DNA of 32,000 bases from an uncultured Erysipelotrichaceae bacterium (GTDB lineage: Bacteria; Bacillota_I; Bacilli_A; Erysipelotrichales; Erysipelotrichaceae): NCBI GenBank assembly GCA_942492995.1, contig OW818653.1, positions 1,020,001-1,052,000 of the forward strand. The letters are read 5' to 3'. This document shows, one piece after another, positions 22,686-28,662 of this stretch; the first letter of the stretch is position 1; each line of letters begins with the position of its first letter. Made by a program: the position numbers and the translations under genes. The notes below the pieces were generated by a model, which was given only the letters and a program-made list of their open reading frames with translations, was not told the DNA's origin and made no database searches.

Positions 22686-23960
22686 TTATTCGCCTTGTTC
22701 TTCAGCGTATTTCTTCTTATCCCAAGCTGCGATGAATGGGTAGTAGATAATACCTGTAACAACGAAGTTAACAACTTGAAGTAATACAACACGAACGTCA
22801 CCACCACCGATATAGAAACCGGATAGGATAACTGGCATTGTCCAAGGAGCTGTTAAACCAGGAAGACGTCCAACTAAACCAGTAGCGATTGCAAAGTATG
22901 AAATCAACGTAATGGATAATGGAGCAACGAAGAATGGAACTAACATCAATGGGTTCATAATGATTGGTAAACCAAATGTTACTGTTTCATTGATATTGAA
23001 TAGTCCAGGAGCTAAGGATAAACGACCAATATATTGGATTTGTTTTGATTTTGCTAAGAAAGCCATGATGAATGCAAGTGATAAAGTAGCACCTGAACCA
23101 CCGATGTATACTAAGTTAGAAATAAACTCAGCAGTAACGATGTAAGGTAATGCTTGACCAGCTTGTGAAGCTTCTAAGTTAGCGAAACGAGCAGCTTGCC
23201 AAATTGGATCAAATACTGAACCAACGATAGCAGCGCCGTGAATACCAACGAACCAGAATGCAGAGTTGAAGAATATTGCTAATGTTGTACCAGCGATACC
23301 TGTTCCGAAAATAGTTAGAGGTACTTGTAGAACTTGAAGAATAAATGTACTGAAATCACCGTATGATGTTTGCATAAATACATAGCGTACAACTACCCAT
23401 AAAACTGTAGAAATAGCAGCTGGTGTTAATGCAACGAATGAACGTGAGATTGCAGGTGGCACTTGTTCAGGAAGAGTGATAACCCATTTTTTATTAATTA
23501 CAAAGTTATAAATTTCAGTAGTTACGATAGCAACTAGCATTGCTGCGAATAAACCTTGTGATCCAAAGTAATTAGTAGCGAAGCCACCAGTTTCCATTTG
23601 GCGTAATAAAATGAAATAACCAGAGAATGCTAGTGCTGCTGCAGGTAGTGGTTCTTTGCCATATGATTTAGCTAAAGCATATGAAACCCCGATAACTGCA
23701 ACGAATGCAACAAGACCCATAGTAGAAGCGAAGATAACTCCCCAGTTCCACCAATTCCAGCCTGCGCCAAATACACTAACCATTAAACTTTGATAAGCAT
23801 CAACAGGTAATTCAGCAACAACGATAACCATTGAACCAACGATCATTAGTGGTAATGATAGAACTAAACCATCACGTAATGCCATTAAATAGCGGTTTTG
23901 GGAGATAGTCGCTGCGACTGGTAAGAATTTTTCTTCTAAAAAGCGTGTAAATCCATCCAT
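22686..23960 (-). CDS. PTS EIIC, lactose/cellobiose/chitobiose family
   Basis: Polytopic membrane protein starting MDGFTRFLEEKFLPVAATISQNRYLMALRDG, the typical N-terminus of CelB/ChbC/LicC-type EIIC. RBS AAAGGGGAA lies 10 nt upstream of the ATG at 23960. The ORF-track extension to 24071 covers the 5' leader. Confidence 0.93.
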   Translation of the reverse strand: MDGFTRFLEEKFLPVAATISQNRYLMALRDGLVLSLPLMIVGSMVIVVAELPVDAYQSLMVSVFGAGWNWWNWGVIFASTMGLVAFVAVIGVSYALAKSYGKEPLPAAALAFSGYFILLRQMETGGFATNYFGSQGLFAAMLVAIVTTEIYNFVINKKWVITLPEQVPPAISRSFVALTPAAISTVLWVVVRYVFMQTSYGDFSTFILQVLQVPLTIFGTGIAGTTLAIFFNSAFWFVGIHGAAIVGSVFDPIWQAARFANLEASQAGQALPYIVTAEFISNLVYIGGSGATLSLAFIMAFLAKSKQIQYIGRLSLAPGLFNINETVTFGLPIIMNPLMLVPFFVAPLSITLISYFAIATGLVGRLPGLTAPWTMPVILSGFYIGGGDVRVVLLQVVNFVVTGIIYYPFIAAWDKKKYAEEQGE

Positions 23961-24034
23961 AGTGTGTGTTTTCCCCTTTCGGATTGATATGGAGAGAAGT
24001 TTAATCTCACTTGCCCAGTGTGAAATCTTCTCTA

Positions 24035-24046
24035 AGGCAATTGCCT
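24035..24046. promoter_or_regulatory. Perfect 12-bp palindrome AGGCAATTGCCT at about +3 to +14 of the EIIC promoter (candidate operator)
   Basis: Read directly from the sequence. It lies just downstream of the predicted -10 at 24060-24055. Confidence 0.4.
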
Positions 24047-24054
24047 CTAGGTTT

Positions 24055-24082
24055 ATTCTAGCATAGGACAAAGATAAATCAA
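24055..24082 (-). promoter_or_regulatory. EIIC promoter TTGATT-N16-TAGAAT
   Basis: Minus strand: -35 at 24082-24077 and -10 at 24060-24055. It sits between the upstream terminator and the EIIC gene. Confidence 0.5.
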
Positions 24083-24110
24083 GCGTAAAATGTGGTAAAT
24101 TATGTGAAAT

Positions 24111-24125
24111 TGTATTCGCTTACAA
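24111..24125 (-). promoter_or_regulatory. cre (CcpA) box TTGTAAGCGAATACA
   Basis: The minus-strand 15-mer satisfies every constrained position of WTGNAANCGNWNNCW. It starts 29 nt upstream of the -35. Confidence 0.55.
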
Positions 24126-24157
24126 CACAAATGATAGCGGTTTCTTCACAAAATGTA

Positions 24158-24182
24158 TAAAAAAACAAGGTTTTACCCTTGT
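24158..24182 (-). terminator. Terminator after the EIIB-like gene
   Basis: Minus strand ACAAGG-GTAAAA-CCTTGT followed by TTTTTTT. Confidence 0.7.
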
Positions 24183-24209
24183 TTCGTATAAGCATTATCA
24201 CATAATTAA

Positions 24210-24509
24210 CTATTTGACTAATTCAAAGATTTTAGCGACTTGACGTGTTCCGTAATGACTACCCTTAGCAGTGATGTAAGGAATGTTTAATTCTTTAAGA
24301 TATTTCTCAACTTCAGCCTGCCATACGATCATTTCTGGTGAGATAATCGCAAATTCAGGTTGAAACTCTTCGATTAATGCTTTGTGGTTAGGATGAATTG
24401 CTAATTTAACTTCAAAATCGAAATCACCCTTTTCTGTTGCTAAATTGACTGCAGTCATAAAACTATCCGTTTGATTAGACTTACGACTAATTAAAATTAC
24501 TTTTTTCAT
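24210..24509 (-). CDS. Small EIIB(Cel)-like protein lacking the phosphorylatable Cys
   Basis: 99 aa with good RBS AAAGGAG. It aligns by eye with the true EIIB at 27478-27801: MKKVILISRKSNQTDS vs MRKIMLFCAAGMSTS, EFAIISPEMIV vs NVCLLGPQVRF, IPYITAKGSHYGT vs VPVDVISMMDYGS. Position 8 is Ser (AGT), not Cys. That it is a real gene is likely; its function is uncertain. Confidence 0.5.
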   Translation of the reverse strand: MKKVILISRKSNQTDSFMTAVNLATEKGDFDFEVKLAIHPNHKALIEEFQPEFAIISPEMIVWQAEVEKYLKELNIPYITAKGSHYGTRQVAKIFELVK

Positions 24510-24525
24510 TTGATGCTCCTTTAGG

Positions 24526-25239
24526 TTAGTAAGATGCGAAGTTCGTTAATTCAATGTTGTGCTTTTTAATAAAGTCTTTAGCATCTTCACTAATTAGTGT
24601 TTCAAGTTCTCTTACTCTATCAAAATTATATGTCGAGCATTGAATCAAATCAACATCAATAAATGCAACATGACACATTAATTCAACATATTCTTTATTT
24701 AAATGACGATTAAGCGTCGTTTCTAATTGTTTATAGTCAGTTAGTGGTCCATAGAAATCCGCAATAAACGCTACAGAATCCTGTACTTGACGAACATATT
24801 TAATACCATAAGTTTCAGCTAAACGACGTGTCGCTTCTACTGTTTGTGGTAATTGGTGCGTATGATGATGTCCATCAATATGTGTTGGTTTATGACCAAA
24901 CACTTTAATGTACTTTTCCATTTGTGCGACATATTCCGCATACACTTCTTCAATATCCACATCAACTTTACTTACTAACACACCGTTCTTTAAGAAATTA
25001 CCTGATGCGTCCACAATTGTTTTATGTGTATCAAGAATTGGTCTACCAGCTGTTAAGACTAAATGAATCCCAACCCCTAGTTCTGGATTTAGTTTCGCAA
25101 GATCCGCAGCCATTTCAATTGCTGGCATATTCATCATTGCGGTAGTTGAACGTAAAATTCCACGTTTTAATGCATCGATAATCCCAAGATTTACACCTGG
25201 TGTTAAACCAAAATCATCTGAATTTACAATTAATTTCAT
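24526..25239 (-). CDS. chbG: YdjC/ChbG-family carbohydrate (chitooligosaccharide) deacetylase
   Basis: 237 aa. The MKLIVNSDDFGLTPGVN.GI start and the later HIDGHHHTH metal-site region are characteristic of YdjC/ChbG. 4-nt overlap with the upstream HAD gene. Confidence 0.88.
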   Translation of the reverse strand: MKLIVNSDDFGLTPGVNLGIIDALKRGILRSTTAMMNMPAIEMAADLAKLNPELGVGIHLVLTAGRPILDTHKTIVDASGNFLKNGVLVSKVDVDIEEVYAEYVAQMEKYIKVFGHKPTHIDGHHHTHQLPQTVEATRRLAETYGIKYVRQVQDSVAFIADFYGPLTDYKQLETTLNRHLNKEYVELMCHVAFIDVDLIQCSTYNFDRVRELETLISEDAKDFIKKHNIELTNFASY

Positions 25240-26033
25240 TCTTCCTCCTTTATCAACCCTAATTTAATTAAGGCATTGTATATTCCATTCTCATTAACAG
25301 AATCTGTAATCATTGCCGCAACTTCTTTTACTTTAGGATGAGCATTCCCCATCGCGACTCCCATTTTTACACCTTGAACCATTTCAAGATCATTCATTCC
25401 ATCCCCAAATGTAATCACATCATCGAGTGTTAACCCAAAATGACTCGCAATTGCTTTTATACCAGTTAATTTTGATGTGTTCTTTGGATAAATATCCACC
25501 ATATAATCAAAATAACGATGGAAACTTAAGTTTGGAAATAATTCATCAAAATAGGCATCATATTCCGGTAAAAACGCAGCTTGTAGTAAATGGTTTTTAT
25601 AATCATCGCTATAGTTCGAGCCATAATCCTTTAATCGTGTAACAGAATGTGAATATTCCATATCAGGATGCGTAACTGTTAGGATCGGTTTTATGCCATA
25701 GAAGCTATTAACAGCGAATAAACCTCCCTGCATTGGCTTTAAAACATCAATTAAACGATTTAAATCATGATCACTAACATACGATTCATAGACAATCTCA
25801 TTATATAAAGTAGTACATTGTCCATTCACACAAACAAACGCATCAACTTCAATATCTTTACGTTGTTCATTGAAAAAGAAATGTCCACGACCACTGGCCA
25901 TACCAACTACAGTATCACCACGTTGCTTTAATAATTCAATCGCTTTATAGGCAGATTCTGGAATAATTCCAGTTTTAAAATCTGATAATGTATCATCCAT
26001 ATCAAATAGGACAATATGTTTTATTTGACTCAT
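25236..26033 (-). CDS. Cof-type HAD-IIB sugar-phosphate phosphatase
   Basis: 265 aa. Motif I LFDMDDTL and motif IV FGDGMNDLEM. RBS TAGGAGAA. Confidence 0.85.
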   Translation of the reverse strand: MSQIKHIVLFDMDDTLSDFKTGIIPESAYKAIELLKQRGDTVVGMASGRGHFFFNEQRKDIEVDAFVCVNGQCTTLYNEIVYESYVSDHDLNRLIDVLKPMQGGLFAVNSFYGIKPILTVTHPDMEYSHSVTRLKDYGSNYSDDYKNHLLQAAFLPEYDAYFDELFPNLSFHRYFDYMVDIYPKNTSKLTGIKAIASHFGLTLDDVITFGDGMNDLEMVQGVKMGVAMGNAHPKVKEVAAMITDSVNENGIYNALIKLGLIKEEE

Positions 26034-26065
26034 TCATTCTCCTAACAAATGTCATATTCATATTT

Positions 26066-26094
26066 ATGGACGGATGACTTTGCCACCCGTCCAT
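26066..26094 (-). other. GC-rich intercistronic hairpin without a U-tract
   Basis: ATGGACGG-13 nt-CCGTCCAT, a perfect 8-bp stem in the 82-nt gap between the GH4 and HAD genes. On the transcribed strand it is followed by AAATATG, not U. Confidence 0.6.
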
Positions 26095-26115
26095 GATTAA
26101 TCTATTTTTTATCGC

Positions 26116-27429
26116 TTATTTAAAGAATTGTGGTAAGTAAGCTTTATGTGCTTCTAACATTTCATCCAAGATTAGTTTCGCTTTATTTTCATCACGAACA
26201 AGTGGGTTAATAGTCATCGCAACAAGCGCTGTATTGTAGTTACCAGAAACAGCCGCATCAGTCGCAACTTGTTCAAATGATTTCATTTGTTGGACTAATC
26301 CTTCTACTTGAATTGGTAATCTACCCATCGCTAATGGACGAGGACCTTCTTTTGTAATAACACAACTTACTTCTACAGCACAATCCATTGGAAGTGATGC
26401 TATAGCACCCATATTCATTGTATTAACAGGTTGAATGTCTTTTGTATCATTGTACATTGACGCAATTAGATTACATGCCGCATCAGAATAATATGCTCCA
26501 CCACGTAATTCAAGTTGTTTAGGTTTAACCGCTAGATTTACATCTTTGTATAACTCAAAGAGTTCAGCTTCAACTTTCTTAACGACTTGTCCACGTGATT
26601 CACCTTTTTTAACATCTTCTTGTTGGTGATCAACCATTGCTTGATATTGGTAATAATAACGGTGATATCCACATGGCATAATGCCTAATCCTTCTAAGAA
26701 TTCATTACCCCAAGGAGTTTCATGAATATTCTTCATTGAAGAACGTGTACCTTTATATTTTTCCATAACTAATTTAGATACATCTTTACCATCTAAATAG
26801 GTACGCAAACCATAAACCATATGATTTAAACCGGCGAAATCAATACGAACACGATTCATCTCAACTTCAAGTAAATCCGCTGCTCCACGAACCATGCCAA
26901 TTGGCACATTACATAGACCAACAAATTTCTTCCAATTTGTGTGACGGAATACAGCTTCTGTAACCATACCTGCAGGATTCGTAAAGTTAATCAACCATGC
27001 ATCTGGACATAATTCTTCCATATCTTTGATGATTCCTAAGATTACAGGAATTGTTCTGAAACCTTTGAATAAACCACCAGGGCCATTTGTTTCTTGGCCT
27101 AAAATACCATATTTAGCTGGAATCGTTTCATCTAATACACGTGCATCTAATAATCCAACACGTAATTGAGTCGTAACGAAATCCGCATCTTTTAATGCAG
27201 TTCTACGATCAAGAGTCAAATGTACTTCAATCGGTAAACCAGCTTTTTCAACCATACGTTTCGCTAAGTTACCAACGATTTCTAATTTTTCTTTACCAGC
27301 CTCTACATCAACTAACCACAACTCAGTAATTGGTAAATGATCATAGCGTTTGATAAAACCTTCTACTAATTCTGGAGTATATGACGAACCTCCACCAATC
27401 GTAACAATCTTCAATCCACTTTTGCTCAT
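26116..27429 (-). CDS. chbF: GH4 6-phospho-beta-glucosidase (CelF/ChbF/LicH type)
   Basis: 437 aa. NAD-binding KIVTIGGGSSYTPEL, plus GLCNVP and GLNH metal/catalytic motifs. RBS GAAAGGAAA. Confidence 0.93.
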   Translation of the reverse strand: MSKSGLKIVTIGGGSSYTPELVEGFIKRYDHLPITELWLVDVEAGKEKLEIVGNLAKRMVEKAGLPIEVHLTLDRRTALKDADFVTTQLRVGLLDARVLDETIPAKYGILGQETNGPGGLFKGFRTIPVILGIIKDMEELCPDAWLINFTNPAGMVTEAVFRHTNWKKFVGLCNVPIGMVRGAADLLEVEMNRVRIDFAGLNHMVYGLRTYLDGKDVSKLVMEKYKGTRSSMKNIHETPWGNEFLEGLGIMPCGYHRYYYQYQAMVDHQQEDVKKGESRGQVVKKVEAELFELYKDVNLAVKPKQLELRGGAYYSDAACNLIASMYNDTKDIQPVNTMNMGAIASLPMDCAVEVSCVITKEGPRPLAMGRLPIQVEGLVQQMKSFEQVATDAAVSGNYNTALVAMTINPLVRDENKAKLILDEMLEAHKAYLPQFFK

Positions 27430-27455
27430 AAAATTTCCTTTCTGAAATTAAACTC

Positions 27456-27479
27456 AAAAAAACACGGAAATCCCGTGTT
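27456..27479 (-). terminator. Intrinsic terminator between EIIB and the GH4 gene
   Basis: Minus strand AACACGG-GATTT-CCGTGTT followed by TTTTTGAG. It overlaps the EIIB stop codon and ends 27 nt before the GH4 start. Confidence 0.7.
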
Positions 27480-27801
27480 ATTTGCTTTCCATCGAAGCCA
27501 TTAAATTTAATGCTTGGTCTAAGACTTTTGGTCCATTACATGAACCGTAATCCATCATGCTGATTACATCAACAGGTACTCCAAATTTAGCACCTAGTTC
27601 TTTAGCTTGTGCTAAACGGAAACGTACTTGTGGGCCTAACAAACAAACATTAACGTCATGAATTTCACGTTCATATTCTTGTTGAGAAACAGCCCAAATC
27701 TTTAAATCGTTAATACCACGAGCTTCAGCTTCTTTTTGCATTTTGCTTACTAATAGACTCGTTGACATACCTGCAGCACAGAATAACATAATTTTACGCA
27801 T
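27478..27801 (-). CDS. PTS EIIB, lactose/cellobiose family
   Basis: MRKIMLFCAAGMSTSLLVSKM carries the active-site Cys8 P-loop. GGAGG lies 8 nt upstream of the ATG at 27801. The ORF-track TTG start at 27870 is the promoter -35 hexamer. Confidence 0.93.
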   Translation of the reverse strand: MRKIMLFCAAGMSTSLLVSKMQKEAEARGINDLKIWAVSQQEYEREIHDVNVCLLGPQVRFRLAQAKELGAKFGVPVDVISMMDYGSCNGPKVLDQALNLMASMESK

Positions 27802-27841
27802 TTTTAAATCCTCCCAATCCGATTGCGATCTTGCTAGATAA

Positions 27842-27870
27842 ACTATACCAAAACAGACCCCCTTGGTCAA
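27842..27870 (-). promoter_or_regulatory. EIIB promoter TTGACC-N17-TATAGT with TG extension
   Basis: The minus strand reads TTGACCAAGGGGGTCTGTTTTGGTATAGT, followed by a leader of about 35 nt. Confidence 0.55.
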
Positions 27871-27874
27871 TCTT

Positions 27875-27889
27875 TATAACCGCTTTCAC
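27875..27889 (-). promoter_or_regulatory. Weak cre-like box GTGAAAGCGGTTATA abutting the EIIB -35
   Basis: Two mismatches to WTGNAANCGNWNNCW, at the first W and the penultimate C. Confidence 0.3.
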
Positions 27890-27936
27890 ACATTAATAAG
27901 ACAATATGTTATTTAATCTTCACAATATTAAAGTTT

Positions 27937-27951
27937 ATGTAAGCGCTATTT
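27937..27951 (+). promoter_or_regulatory. cre-like box ATGTAAGCGCTATTT in the divergent EIIB/RDD intergenic region
   Basis: One mismatch to WTGNAANCGNWNNCW (penultimate C is T). The left arm and central CG are perfect. Confidence 0.4.
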
Positions 27952-28062
27952 TATCCATTAATAGATTAATTATCCTTTGTTTAACTGAATTTTATTCGTT
28001 TTTACATAATTTATACACTCATATTGTTAACAATCGACATATTTAATGGACTTACATTCTTC

Positions 28063-28091
28063 TTGATAGCGCTTATATTTTTAAGTATAAT
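28063..28091 (+). promoter_or_regulatory. RDD-operon promoter TTGATA-N17-TATAAT
   Basis: -35 at 28063-28068 and -10 at 28086-28091. RBS GAGGAA lies 8 nt before the ATG at 28115. A 2-mismatch cre-like TTGATAGCGCTTATA at 28063-28077 starts on the -35. Confidence 0.6.
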
Positions 28092-28114
28092 GTCGTATGT
28101 GAGGAAATTACCAC

Positions 28115-28660
28115 ATGTCAAAAAATAATAAAAAAGTAGTTAAGTCTAACACGGTCCTAACAGCTCCGAATTCAAGGCGCTTATTCGCTTATTTAATTGA
28201 TCAAATTATAATATTTGTCGCAACTGGAATAATTATGGCATTATTAGGAATTACTGAGCTCTCCGCAAGTTCAATCCCTTCGTTGTTTGCGATTGTTGTA
28301 CTTGTCCTTGCGTATCGTATATTAGTCCCTATCTTTGTGTTTAAAGGCGATCATTCAGGTCAAACACTTGGTAAACGTATTATGGGAATTAAAGTAATTC
28401 ATACAAATGGTACTCAAGCTACAATATTAGGACTATCAATTCGTAGTGTATTCGCAATGATTATGGAAGGTTTTGATTATTTTGCGGTTATAAGTCTATA
28501 TAACGCAATTGGGTTCTTAGGGTTCCCACAAATTATATTCCTACTCTATATGAACATTTTCGTAGGTTTAGTCTCAATTGTTATTATGGTTATTCGTCCT
28601 AGTCATCAAATGTTACATGACTATGTTGCGAATACCGTTACAATTTTAGTGAAACAATAA
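28115..28660 (+). CDS. RDD-family membrane protein
   Basis: 181 aa. RRLFAYLIDQIII (R..D..D pattern), at least three hydrophobic helices, and GQTLGKRIMGIKVI. Confidence 0.8.
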   Translation: MSKNNKKVVKSNTVLTAPNSRRLFAYLIDQIIIFVATGIIMALLGITELSASSIPSLFAIVVLVLAYRILVPIFVFKGDHSGQTLGKRIMGIKVIHTNGTQATILGLSIRSVFAMIMEGFDYFAVISLYNAIGFLGFPQIIFLLYMNIFVGLVSIVIMVIRPSHQMLHDYVANTVTILVKQ

Positions 28661-28662
28661 TT

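Noticed and set aside
22589-22807. 72-aa minus-strand ORF overlapping the 3' end of EIIC and its terminator
   Set aside because: It is out of frame inside a strongly supported EIIC gene and runs through the terminator hairpin and AT-rich promoter DNA. It has no RBS and a low-complexity composition.
22686-23960. Apparently higher G+C and different codon choice in the EIIC gene as a sign of horizontal transfer
   Set aside because: I cannot compute composition reliably by eye. Membrane-protein amino-acid bias (Gly/Ala/Val-rich) explains the impression, and the flanking genes are functionally coherent with it.
23961-24071. 37-aa N-terminal extension of the EIIC ORF
   Set aside because: It has no RBS and spans the predicted promoter -10, the palindrome and the leader hairpin. 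The canonical EIIC N-terminus MDGFTRFLE starts at 23960 behind AAAGGGGAA.
27430-27479. BglG/LicT-type RAT antiterminator overlapping the internal terminator (and likewise at 24158-24182 and 31645-31668)
   Set aside because: No sequence resembling the RAT consensus (GGATTGTTACTG...GCAGGCAAAACC) precedes or overlaps any of these stems. No PRD-containing antiterminator gene is in the window.
27802-27870. TTG-initiated 23-aa extension of the EIIB ORF
   Set aside because: The TTG is part of the -35 hexamer TTGACC of a good promoter. EIIB-Cel proteins begin a few residues before the active-site Cys, and MRKIMLFC at 27801 has a GGAGG RBS.
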